Source of the DNA: a virus
Lineage: Duplodnaviria; Caudoviricetes
Length of the DNA: 64,000 bases
Virus record (IMG/VR): IMGVR_UViG_3300008107_006173
Direction: 5' to 3' (one strand)
Positions 49,568-58,523 of the stretch are shown here, piece after piece. Position 1 is the first letter of the stretch. Each line of letters opens with the position of its first letter. A program made the translations under genes and the position numbers. A model generated the notes under the pieces. The model did no database searches. It had not been told where the DNA came from and worked only from the letters and a program-made list of their open reading frames with translations.

Positions 49568-49598
49568 GCGGCGAAGCCGCCCTTTAAAAAATTTTTTT
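49568..49598. other. GAA-triloop mini-hairpin followed by an A6T7 tract
   Basis: GCGGC-GAA-GCCGC at 49568-49580, then AAAAAATTTTTTT at 49586-49598. Confidence 0.7.
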
Positions 49599-49610
49599 GA
49601 GAACGCCTAA

Positions 49611-49778
49611 ATGAAACAAACATTTAAACACAACATAAACCGCAACTTGTTTAGACTTAAACCCAAGCAGGAACAGCGTCGTACACTATTAGGGGCTGTG
49701 GTATTGATTATTCTGCTGTATGGGCTAGCAGACTATGTGGACTATCAAGAATATACTAGTGTAGAGTTAGAACAATGA
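49611..49778 (+). CDS. Small single-pass membrane protein, 55 aa
   Basis: Not in the track. MKQTFKHNINRNLFRLKPKQEQRRTLLGAVVLIILLYGLADYVDYQEYTSVELEQ; ATGA overlap with the next ORF. Confidence 0.65.
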   Translation: MKQTFKHNINRNLFRLKPKQEQRRTLLGAVVLIILLYGLADYVDYQEYTSVELEQ

Positions 49779-49933
49779 GCGAAAGTGATAATTGGATGTA
49801 CAGTCGTATAGCAGAGCTTGAAGCAAGACTAGAACTAGCTAATAGTGCGTTGTGGGCTGCAGAACAGCGTATAAGAGAGTTAGAGTCTATCAATGATGAC
49901 TATGTGCAGCGTATGCAAGATGATCTCAAATAA
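49775..49933 (+). CDS. Small coiled-coil protein, 52 aa
   Basis: Not in the track. MSESDNWMYSRIAELEARLELANSALWAAEQRIRELESINDDYVQRMQDDLK shows a heptad pattern. Confidence 0.65.
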   Translation: MSESDNWMYSRIAELEARLELANSALWAAEQRIRELESINDDYVQRMQDDLK

Positions 49934-49943
49934 CACACATAAC

Positions 49944-50141
49944 ATGATTAACCGCAGCAAAATCAAAAATATGAGCAATCAAAATAACCCGCAAAACCCT
50001 GGTCCATGCCACCTGTGCAAAACAACCACCACCCCTGGACAAACTCTAAAACAAGGTTTGATTGTAACAGTGATAGCACTAGCTGCAATAGTTGCAATGA
50101 GCGCAGCAATAACATATGTAGAGGCATTATGGCAACAATGA
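49944..50141 (+). CDS. Small membrane protein with CxxC (start 49944 or 49971)
   Basis: PCHLCK followed by a hydrophobic LIVTVIALAAIVAMSAAITYV segment; ATGA overlap with the next ORF. Confidence 0.55.
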   Translation: MINRSKIKNMSNQNNPQNPGPCHLCKTTTTPGQTLKQGLIVTVIALAAIVAMSAAITYVEALWQQ

Positions 50142-50293
50142 AGAAAACTGTGCAGTTCTTAAAGGAATTGACTCTGTTCAGTGCAATACTAGCTGCGGGT
50201 ATCATAGTGTTTATAGCTGTGAGCCCATGGATACTAGCAGCGTATATAAGAAATAAACGCAGAGTAGACAGTTATATAAACATGAAATACTAA
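50138..50293 (+). CDS. Small membrane protein, 51 aa
   Basis: MKKTVQFLKELTLFSAILAAGIIVFIAVSPWILAAYIRNKRR...: TM segment and basic tail. Start chosen from the ATGA overlap. Confidence 0.55.
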   Translation: MKKTVQFLKELTLFSAILAAGIIVFIAVSPWILAAYIRNKRRVDSYINMKY

Positions 50294-50302
50294 AGAGAAC
50301 TA

Positions 50303-50503
50303 ATGGAAACACAGCGTAGAACCATAGTTAAAACACTGATATACCGATGTTGGGTACTGCTGAGTACATATATACTATTGGTGTTAACAGGACAAAGTTT
50401 AGATAATGCGCTGATACCCACAATAGTTATTAACTGTGTATGGATGACTTCTTATTACTGTTATGAACGATTGTGGACAAGAATACAATGGGGTAGAGAT
50501 TAA
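50303..50503 (+). CDS. DUF2061-like small membrane protein
   Basis: RRTIVKTLIYR...YYCYERLWTRIQWG matches the DUF2061 pattern. Confidence 0.7.
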   Translation: METQRRTIVKTLIYRCWVLLSTYILLVLTGQSLDNALIPTIVINCVWMTSYYCYERLWTRIQWGRD

Positions 50504-50645
50504 ATGACAGAGATGACCTGTAGTATGGGAAAAAATTTAGAATTTGGACAAGCCGCCCCAAGCTGGTCCAGCCCACCTTCACAAAAGAGCCACCTGGGTA
50601 TGGAAGATTCACTCGAGCGAAAAAAATTTTTAAAGAGCCGATCCT

Positions 50646-51902
50646 ATGACAAAGTCTAATACATACTGTGCGCTACCATGGATACACTTGGGTACACACC
50701 CACATGGAGGGGTTACACCCTGCTGTATAAGTGATATGACCGCGGGTAAGAACCGTGCTCGTAACTATACTAACAGTAATGATCAGTTCCTTAACTTAAA
50801 TGAACATAGTATAGATGCTCACATGAACAGTGATTACTATAAGCAAATAAGATTAGAAATGCTGCGTGGTCTCAAGCCCGCTGCATGTATGAGGTGTTAT
50901 GATGAAGAAGCTAAGGGTATCGTATCAAAGAGACAGTACGAGCAAACGCAATATCCTGATCGTGATATTGGATGGGCTAGCAGTACTACTGCTGGTGATG
51001 GCTCTATTACTACCAGTCTTGAGTTTGTTGAGCTTCGTCTCGGTAATGTATGTAATGTTCAATGTCGTACATGTAATCCAGCAAGCAGCAGTAAATGGCG
51101 TCGAGACTATGAAGAAGTGGTTGAGAAGCTAGAGTTTGTTAATGATGGCTATTCGTGGTTAGATCACAAGCGTGACTTTAAGTGGCCTGAAAATGATAGC
51201 TTCTATGAGGACTTGTATGAGTGTGCGCCTAGTATGCGTGTGCTGTATATAAATGGTGGCGAGCCTACATTAATTAAAGCACATTGGCGTTACCTGCGTA
51301 AGCTGGTAGAGTCGGGTCGCAGTAAGAATATAGTGTTATGGTATAACATTAACATGACTAACTTGCCCGATGAAGCACGCGAACTGTGGAGCGAATTTAA
51401 AGAAACTCGACTGTGTGCTAGCATAGATGATCTAGATCTACGCAATCATTACATACGCTATCCTACATTTTGGAGTGATGTTAAGACTAATCTAAACACA
51501 GTATTAGAGTGGAGTCGAGCTTGTCCCAGTATAGTTGTGCGTATTACCACAACTGTTAGTGCATATAACTTCCCCTACTTGGATCTGTTTCTTAAATGGG
51601 CGCCCTGTCCAGTGGATCTAAACTATGTGTATGATCCTCATTACTTGAGTCCAATGGTACTGCATCCTGATATACGAGCTCGTATATTTGATCGCTATAG
51701 GACTACCATGGGCAATGATCCTCATCTAGGGTCACTGTTAAGCATGTATAACAACTGTGATTGGAACCCGGAACATTGGGCTCAATACTGCCGTTACAAT
51801 CATGTACTAGACGCTCAACGCGGTGCTGTTACTTGGGATCGCGTGTATCCTGACATGGCTGCGCTGTGTGATCAGATGAACATTAAGTGGGATTATAAAT
51901 AA
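50646..51902 (+). CDS. Radical SAM enzyme 4 with N-terminal twitch/SPASM-like domain
   Basis: CNVQCRTC and GGEP; N-terminal CALPW...PCC...CMRC. Confidence 0.9.
   Translation: MTKSNTYCALPWIHLGTHPHGGVTPCCISDMTAGKNRARNYTNSNDQFLNLNEHSIDAHMNSDYYKQIRLEMLRGLKPAACMRCYDEEAKGIVSKRQYEQTQYPDRDIGWASSTTAGDGSITTSLEFVELRLGNVCNVQCRTCNPASSSKWRRDYEEVVEKLEFVNDGYSWLDHKRDFKWPENDSFYEDLYECAPSMRVLYINGGEPTLIKAHWRYLRKLVESGRSKNIVLWYNINMTNLPDEARELWSEFKETRLCASIDDLDLRNHYIRYPTFWSDVKTNLNTVLEWSRACPSIVVRITTTVSAYNFPYLDLFLKWAPCPVDLNYVYDPHYLSPMVLHPDIRARIFDRYRTTMGNDPHLGSLLSMYNNCDWNPEHWAQYCRYNHVLDAQRGAVTWDRVYPDMAALCDQMNIKWDYK
51894..51901 (+). promoter_or_regulatory. Consensus T4 late promoter TATAAATA
   Basis: Exact consensus 5 nt before the ATG at 51907. 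Confidence 0.55.
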
Positions 51903-51906
51903 GCAC

Positions 51907-53460
51907 ATGGACAGAATACAAACATTTTTAGACGTGTTGGCGCGGGAATACACCAACAATGGCTACGAGGGCCGCTACACACAGTTACTTAAATCAGCAT
52001 TTGATCGTGGTTGGAACAGCTATAGCATGACCGCACAGTACGAGCCCTTGCTTATAGCCATAGAAGACATGCGCTATAATCCCGATGGCAGTCAGCGTTT
52101 GGGCATACCCAACGGCTGGCCCAAGGGCAGATTAGAACTACAGCAGTTTCTAGATGAAAACTGGGCTGTGGGTAACCAGGGTCAAATTTGGGATTTGCAG
52201 ATTGTGGATCAGGTAGAAGCACTGGTAGCATCGGGTCGTATGCACATGAACAGTTGGTTTATCACACAGTGGGACATGGAGAATCGCGAGCCTTTGGGTC
52301 ACGCAGGTCGATTGGCTGCGCTGGATACTATACCCCAGGGTGAACGCTATGTGTTTCCAATCAGCATCAACGGGTCAGCACACTTTGTTTTAGCCAGCGT
52401 ACTGGATCGTGGTGTGTGGATTCCACAGCGTGTGGTAGAGGATTGCAGACAGGGCCTGGCTCGCATACTGTTTCATGAAGTATATGAGGGTCACGGGTTC
52501 AACGACACACATGTTAAAACATTCCTAGAATCCCACAGTCGTGCCTACAACATTCCCATGAACACCATGGCATTTATGGATGCTAACTTTCTCACACCTG
52601 CGCTACAAGCAGAATATGGCAGCGTGGGCTTTTACTATCCCTATTGGGAGAATCATGTGGGCAGCGGACACGAATGGCATCATAACAATCGTGTTAAAGT
52701 AGACAGTCATATTAAACGATTGCGAGCAGGTGAATCTCGGCATCCCCACAACATCGTACATCTAAATCGTCGTCCTCGCTGGCATCGTAGTGTAAGCACA
52801 GCAGCCTGTTTCTATCGCATGAGTGATGCTAGTGTGCTGTGGACCTATACTGAACCTCCCAATGACTGGACTGCGGTAGGACCCTATGCGGGCAACAATC
52901 TCCGGGGCGATCCAGATTGGGATGCAGAGCGTTTTGTTAATGCCAGCCGCGGTGAGGGTGGTTATCCTCCCATTATTGATGATGACTATTTGAGCATAAT
53001 ACCCAAGCTATACGATGTGGACTGCTCTGTAAACGACACATTCCTCAACTGTGATGTACAGTATCAGGGCGCTGTTAACTGGACCAACGAAACTATGTTT
53101 GTGGAACCTAACACAGTATTCTTCAGTGAAAAGACATTTAAGCCAATACTAGCAGCTCAGCCCTTTATACTAGCAGGTAATGCGGGCATGATGCGTCACT
53201 TACATGACTTGGGTTATAAGACTTTCCACCCCTATATTGATGAAAGCTACGACATGGAAACCAATCCCGCAAAGCGTATGAGCATGATATTAACAGAAGC
53301 AGAGCGTATAGCACGACTCAGCCCTGCCGAAATGCGAGTGTTTTTGAAGCGTGTTGCGCCCACGGTCATACACAACTATGAACTAATACAACGTCGCATG
53401 TTGGAATGCACACCTAAAACCAAGATCATCAACGACATTTATCAATGGGTACACAGTTAA
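51907..53460 (+). CDS. Putative GT-B/GT10-like sugar transferase 2
   Basis: HLNRRPRWHR...ETMF...FFSEKTFKPILAAQPFILAG...GYKTFHPYIDESYD. Confidence 0.45.
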   Translation: MDRIQTFLDVLAREYTNNGYEGRYTQLLKSAFDRGWNSYSMTAQYEPLLIAIEDMRYNPDGSQRLGIPNGWPKGRLELQQFLDENWAVGNQGQIWDLQIVDQVEALVASGRMHMNSWFITQWDMENREPLGHAGRLAALDTIPQGERYVFPISINGSAHFVLASVLDRGVWIPQRVVEDCRQGLARILFHEVYEGHGFNDTHVKTFLESHSRAYNIPMNTMAFMDANFLTPALQAEYGSVGFYYPYWENHVGSGHEWHHNNRVKVDSHIKRLRAGESRHPHNIVHLNRRPRWHRSVSTAACFYRMSDASVLWTYTEPPNDWTAVGPYAGNNLRGDPDWDAERFVNASRGEGGYPPIIDDDYLSIIPKLYDVDCSVNDTFLNCDVQYQGAVNWTNETMFVEPNTVFFSEKTFKPILAAQPFILAGNAGMMRHLHDLGYKTFHPYIDESYDMETNPAKRMSMILTEAERIARLSPAEMRVFLKRVAPTVIHNYELIQRRMLECTPKTKIINDIYQWVHS

Positions 53461-53461
53461 T

Positions 53462-54295
53462 ATGTGGCAACATCTAGTAACCAGTGGATGCAGTTTCAGT
53501 GATAACCTGCGTCCCCCCAATGGCGATCTTACTCGTTGGCCCATGTTTCTCGCAGACTATACAGGTATGAAGCTGTATAACCGAGGACAGGGCAGCGCGG
53601 GCAATGATTGGATTGCAGACAGCACTATATATCAGCTTAGTGAACTGTTAAACCAAGGCTGCAAACCCCAGGAAATCATAGCCATAGTTATGTGGAGCGG
53701 TATTGATCGCAACAGTATCTTTATCAGCAGCGATGGTACACCTAAATACGCGGATCTGCATGTGGAACAGTTTATGAGTAATCCCGCTAGTTTCACAGCT
53801 AATCCTGCTAATGAATACTATAATCCTCCCCGAGAAGGTTCAGGATGGCTGTTAGGGTCTGCACATTGCAGTTTCCCCAACGATAACATACAGCAGTACA
53901 AGCAGCTATTGGTAGCTCGCTACTTAAATGACGAAGCATTAATGATTCGCAGCCTAGATAATTGGTTAAAGCTGCAATGGTTCTGTGCTGCACGGGGAGT
54001 TAAGTTAGTTAATTTAACTTATATGAATATATGGCACTATCCAGGCTACGGTTATATCAGTGATAAAGATCAGACTTTAGAATCAATCCCCTATTTTTAC
54101 GATCATTATGGTTCTAACATACAACACTTATACAGGGAATTAGATCAAAGTCAATGGTTATTTTATGGTGATCGAGGTGGTATGTATGAATGGTGCAGAG
54201 CAGAAGGTCTGGGCTTTTACAGTGATCTCGTGCATCCCAGTATAGATAGTCATCGCAAGTTTGCAGAGGAGTGGCTATGGCCAAGAATATCATAA
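53462..54295 (+). CDS. SGNH/GDSL-like protein 3
   Basis: LVTSGCSFSD...GQGSAGND...MWSGIDR...DLVHP. Confidence 0.65.
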   Translation: MWQHLVTSGCSFSDNLRPPNGDLTRWPMFLADYTGMKLYNRGQGSAGNDWIADSTIYQLSELLNQGCKPQEIIAIVMWSGIDRNSIFISSDGTPKYADLHVEQFMSNPASFTANPANEYYNPPREGSGWLLGSAHCSFPNDNIQQYKQLLVARYLNDEALMIRSLDNWLKLQWFCAARGVKLVNLTYMNIWHYPGYGYISDKDQTLESIPYFYDHYGSNIQHLYRELDQSQWLFYGDRGGMYEWCRAEGLGFYSDLVHPSIDSHRKFAEEWLWPRIS

Positions 54296-55101
54296 AGCGT
54301 TTAGGCGTATGTGGGGACAGTTGGATGAGTGCTGTAAAGCCTCCCCGTGATGGTCACAGCAGACATTTCACACAGCAGATTGCTGAATATTTCGGTAGTG
54401 AATATGTAACATATGCTCGCGGCGCTTGTAGTAATCCCGTAATTAGACTGCAAATAGATGCGTGTATAGCTGCGGGCTGTGATTATGTTATAGTAAAAGA
54501 TACTACACCAGATCGAGGTGAATTCCCCATTGGGGGCGGATATAGATTCAGAGATGGTATATTAAATGTATTATATCACGGTGATGATGTAAGCTGCGAC
54601 AACAGTGACTTCAGCAGTATTGGTGTACAGCGTAATGCTAGTCTATTAAGCAATACATATAATAACATAGTTAAAGATGATGGTAGTGTGTTTAAAGACC
54701 CCAACGGACAGTTAATGGCCAGTGATTATCACGGTTTTGATAGATTAAGTAACGGACAAGTGGGTAACCTACACAAGTATATACTATACTATCACGAGAC
54801 TAATTGGCGACTGCATCAGGACGCTTGGATATTGCGTGACGGACTGCGAGCATTAGATGATGCAGGTATAGCCTATAGCTACATCAGCAGCTATACTTAC
54901 GGTGTGGGACTATTTGAACAAAGCGAAAAGATTATATTACCCAATAGTCCGCTTAATCCCGCACACAGTGACTATGAATGTGCAGAAGGTGATCCACGCG
55001 GCTTGCCCAAAGCTCGTTATCATACGCATGTAGAGGAACAGGACGTGATAGCCAAAGCGTGGATAGATGTATTGCGAGGCAAGGGATATGGCAAAGTTTA
55101 A
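54277..55101 (+). CDS. SGNH/GDSL-like protein 4
   Basis: LGVCGDSWMS...ARGACSN...RYH. Start at ATG 54277 (GGAG upstream). Confidence 0.6.
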   Translation: MAKNIIKRLGVCGDSWMSAVKPPRDGHSRHFTQQIAEYFGSEYVTYARGACSNPVIRLQIDACIAAGCDYVIVKDTTPDRGEFPIGGGYRFRDGILNVLYHGDDVSCDNSDFSSIGVQRNASLLSNTYNNIVKDDGSVFKDPNGQLMASDYHGFDRLSNGQVGNLHKYILYYHETNWRLHQDAWILRDGLRALDDAGIAYSYISSYTYGVGLFEQSEKIILPNSPLNPAHSDYECAEGDPRGLPKARYHTHVEEQDVIAKAWIDVLRGKGYGKV

Positions 55102-55858
55102 AATACTAGTAGTAGGCGATAGTTTTGCACTATTAGATAAAAAGCACAGTCACTGGGCTCGATTATGGGCTCACAAGCTAAATGGTGAAACTGAGCATGT
55201 AGCAATGAGCGGCGGAAGTCATGTAAGCATAGTTAATCACGCTATGGCAGTTAAACCCAATTTAAGTGAATATGCGGGCGTTATGTACTTTATTACGGAT
55301 CTATTTAGACTAGAGGGTGTGGATCACAGTCAAAAGCCACCCGATGCGCCCTACAGTGATCACAACGCTATAGATGCACTACTACGCTTAAATGACTATA
55401 AAGATGAACGTCACGATCGTGATTGGAATAATGCACTAGATTGGCAGCAGCGAGACCCACCTTTGGATTGGATACAGGCTTATAGCGGTTTTAGTGCTAT
55501 GCCCACACTATACAGAGAACATCGTGTGCCCACTGCGCTATACGATAATATCAGCTTGAGATGGCTAGCCACTGCTAATGCTACTGCACTACGCTACTAC
55601 ATACAGTTCTGTACTGCTCAGAATGTACCCTTTATCGGCATAAACAGCGCATGGGAGCAGGGTATTGATGTAATTAAGAGTACTACACCCTATAACAGTT
55701 GGTTAATGACCACTACGGGAGAGCATCGCAGTTTGATCGCTTATCATACCAGCAGCAGCAGTAATCACGTGGATATCGATACCGCAATGACTATGAGCAA
55801 GCGTTTCCATACTACTGCATACTCTGAGGGCTTGTTTCCCATAGCTATACAGAGTTAG
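55088..55858 (+). CDS. SGNH/GDSL-like protein 5
   Basis: ILVVGDSFA...AMSGGSH...SNH. Start at ATG 55088. Confidence 0.55.
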   Translation: MAKFKILVVGDSFALLDKKHSHWARLWAHKLNGETEHVAMSGGSHVSIVNHAMAVKPNLSEYAGVMYFITDLFRLEGVDHSQKPPDAPYSDHNAIDALLRLNDYKDERHDRDWNNALDWQQRDPPLDWIQAYSGFSAMPTLYREHRVPTALYDNISLRWLATANATALRYYIQFCTAQNVPFIGINSAWEQGIDVIKSTTPYNSWLMTTTGEHRSLIAYHTSSSSNHVDIDTAMTMSKRFHTTAYSEGLFPIAIQS

Positions 55859-56147
55859 ATCGCCGAGAACCGTCACGAATAGAAAGGCGGTAGGCTGTGG
55901 TGATTTTACACCTGCGTGTTGAGCTGTATTTACAGTCAATTATAGTGTAATAAGATTGGATTACGCTCTAATAACTCTTATTTACTATGTAATTAGCTGT
56001 GCATTACGGGAGTTTAACTCTCAATTACACAAGTTATTTTTGCATTTAAACGTGATAAAAATCAATTAAATGGGAAATAAATTGGTTTAATTTCAATATT
56101 AAATAATTAAGCTGAATAATTTCGCTAAGTAATACAAGGAGCAGACT

Positions 56148-56309
56148 ATGAGCGAACAGAATAAAAATGATTTACCGCAGAATTATGTGCCGCAGGATCA
56201 GGTGATTCCGCCCACACCCTTAGACAGTGATCTTACTCCTGAAGAGGAAGAAATCCTCAAGCGTAAGCTAGCAGAGCTACGTCGTCGAGACCCATTTATA
56301 TACCGTTAA
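56148..56309 (+). CDS. Small protein ending RRRDPFIYR, 53 aa
   Basis: Not in the track. RBS AAGGAG, ATTAAATA at 56098-56105, and a C-terminal KRKLAELRRRDPFIY motif I recognise from small proteins of large uncultured phages. Confidence 0.8.
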   Translation: MSEQNKNDLPQNYVPQDQVIPPTPLDSDLTPEEEEILKRKLAELRRRDPFIYR

Positions 56310-56310
56310 T

Positions 56311-57012
56311 ATGCGATTAGTGTGCTTTGGAGATAGTTTTACTGCTAGTGCAGGTATACCCGCTGAGGATATTCTCTCGGGTCGTCCACCCAGTTGGATT
56401 GACTTACTGGCAGAGCGTTGGGGCTGCGCGGGCATTACACGGGGTATCAATGGAACGGGGCCTTTAGAGCTATTACATCAACTACAGAATTTTGGTGAAT
56501 TTCTTCCGGGGGATCGTGTATTTTGTGCATTTAGCAGCGTTAAGCGTTTTTGTCTAAGTCCTTATACACCCACTATACATCATTTAAGTGAATTAGCAGA
56601 TCCGCATGAACATTATAATAATAAAAATTCTGCTATGGTCACGCAGCGGGAAATAGATATGGCTATACCTAACGTTAGTCGAGCAGATATGCAGCGTATT
56701 ATTCAAGCACATGGTTGGTATGAATTATTTCTAAATACTGAATATCGTGAACGAAGTCTGCACTATGCAATATTCACGGCATTGGATGGTATAGCAGCAG
56801 CTAATCCACAAGCAGAGTTTTATGTGAAATATTGTTTTATTCAGGATTATGCTTTACATCGCGAGATGAATTTGCAGAGTAAATTCTTTAAATTATTAGA
56901 AGGTGATATGTTCAGCATCTGCGGCGAGCAAGAGGGCATGGACATTACCAATCATTTTACTGTGGACAGCGTGGGGGATTTTGTGAATTATCTAGATGGA
57001 GCGATGCGATGA
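56311..57012 (+). CDS. SGNH/GDSL-like protein 6
   Basis: LVCFGDSFTA...GINGTG...TNH. Confidence 0.6.
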   Translation: MRLVCFGDSFTASAGIPAEDILSGRPPSWIDLLAERWGCAGITRGINGTGPLELLHQLQNFGEFLPGDRVFCAFSSVKRFCLSPYTPTIHHLSELADPHEHYNNKNSAMVTQREIDMAIPNVSRADMQRIIQAHGWYELFLNTEYRERSLHYAIFTALDGIAAANPQAEFYVKYCFIQDYALHREMNLQSKFFKLLEGDMFSICGEQEGMDITNHFTVDSVGDFVNYLDGAMR

Positions 57013-58523
57013 TAATTTGGGGTATCAGCAGCATGTATCACGACGCTGCGCTGTCAGTATTGGATAATAATAAAATCCTATTTGCGGGTCACAGCGAGCG
57101 TTATAGTCGTGAGAAAAACGACGCATTTTTAAATCGCAAATTAATTAATGCGGGCCTGGATGCAGGGTTTCCTGAGGTTATAGCACTACATGAAACTGCT
57201 TGGGCTAAACGATTGCGCTGTGCTTATAGCAGAGATTGGCAGGGTCTGCGTGAGCCCACACAAACTGATTGGATTCGTCGCTTTTATCCAGAACTGCGAG
57301 ATGTGCCCATTGTAAACTATTGGCATCATCAAACACATGCGGCTGCGGGCGTTTTAACGTCAAAGTTTGATGACTGTGCTGTTATGGTAATTGATGCTAT
57401 AGGTGAATGGGATACTGCTAGTATTTGGCACTGGCGTGATGGTAAATTGCGTAAGCTGCACAGAGTTCGCTATCCTCATAGTCTAGGACTATTTTATAGT
57501 GCTGTTACACATCGCGTGGGACTCAAGCCCAATGAAGATGAATATATTTTGATGGGTATGGCAGCATATGGTAATCCTGATCGTGCGCGACAACTGAGCA
57601 GCGAAATTGATCGCGATTATTTTAAGAGTAGTGCTGGTCCTATGGCAGGTGCTCGTGCTGTGCTGACTCGTAAGAATCTACACAGGGGTTTAAGTCCCAA
57701 TAGTTTCCCTGGCGTGGATCACTTTGACCTAGCATGGGCTGCACAGGATCAAGTGGAACGACGAGTTATTGCATATGCAAATTATGCAAAACAATTAACA
57801 GGTTCAGACAATTTGGTATTCATGGGAGGGGTAGCCCTTAACTGTGTTGCCAACAGTAAATTGTTTGATGTATTCTCAAATGTTCACATCATGCCCAATC
57901 CGGGCGATGCGGGCAGCAGCTTGGGTGCAGCGGCTCTGCACTTATATAACACATCAGGTAAGCATGTGGATTGGCGTGGTCCTTATTTGGGTCATAACAT
58001 TCCAGGTGCATATCCTGTGAGCAGAGCCCTGCAGAGTTTGTCCGCAGGTGAAATATTTGGGATAGCAAATGGGCGAGCTGAATTTGGTCCCAGAGCATTG
58101 GGTAACCGTAGTCTATTAGCAGATCCACGAGGAGGTGACATTAAAGAACGAATGAACGCTATCAAGCAGCGTCAGCAGTTTCGCCCATTTGCACCAGTTA
58201 TATTAGAAGAGCAAGCAGACAAGTATTTTGATATGCCTCAAAAGAATTTGGCTAGTCCCTATATGCAGTTTGTGGCTCGTTGTAAATATCCGCAGGCCTT
58301 CCCTGCTATTATACATGCAGACGGAACCAGCAGAGTACAAACAGTTAATCAACGTCAACACCCAGGACTGTATATGCTGTTGCGTGAGTTTTTCAAACGC
58401 ACAGGCTGTCCAATGTTGGTGAATACCAGCCTTAATATCAAAGGTCAACCCATAGTGAATACTATAGAAGATGCGGCAGCATTTGCCAAACACTACGGCG
58501 TAAATGTACACACCCATGAATAG
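57009..58523 (+). CDS. Carbamoyltransferase, NodU/CmcH/NovN family
   Basis: HDAA, ERYSREKND, HHQTHA, IDAIGE, EYILMGMAAYG, GGVALNC, GDAG, EFGPRALGNRS, RPFAP and NTSLN. Confidence 0.95.
   Translation: MIIWGISSMYHDAALSVLDNNKILFAGHSERYSREKNDAFLNRKLINAGLDAGFPEVIALHETAWAKRLRCAYSRDWQGLREPTQTDWIRRFYPELRDVPIVNYWHHQTHAAAGVLTSKFDDCAVMVIDAIGEWDTASIWHWRDGKLRKLHRVRYPHSLGLFYSAVTHRVGLKPNEDEYILMGMAAYGNPDRARQLSSEIDRDYFKSSAGPMAGARAVLTRKNLHRGLSPNSFPGVDHFDLAWAAQDQVERRVIAYANYAKQLTGSDNLVFMGGVALNCVANSKLFDVFSNVHIMPNPGDAGSSLGAAALHLYNTSGKHVDWRGPYLGHNIPGAYPVSRALQSLSAGEIFGIANGRAEFGPRALGNRSLLADPRGGDIKERMNAIKQRQQFRPFAPVILEEQADKYFDMPQKNLASPYMQFVARCKYPQAFPAIIHADGTSRVQTVNQRQHPGLYMLLREFFKRTGCPMLVNTSLNIKGQPIVNTIEDAAAFAKHYGVNVHTHE

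Noticed and set aside
50504-50659. 51-aa ORF MTEMTCSMGKNLEFG...
   Set aside because: No RBS, it runs through the A/T tracts, overlaps the next gene and has no recognisable features; more likely non-coding.
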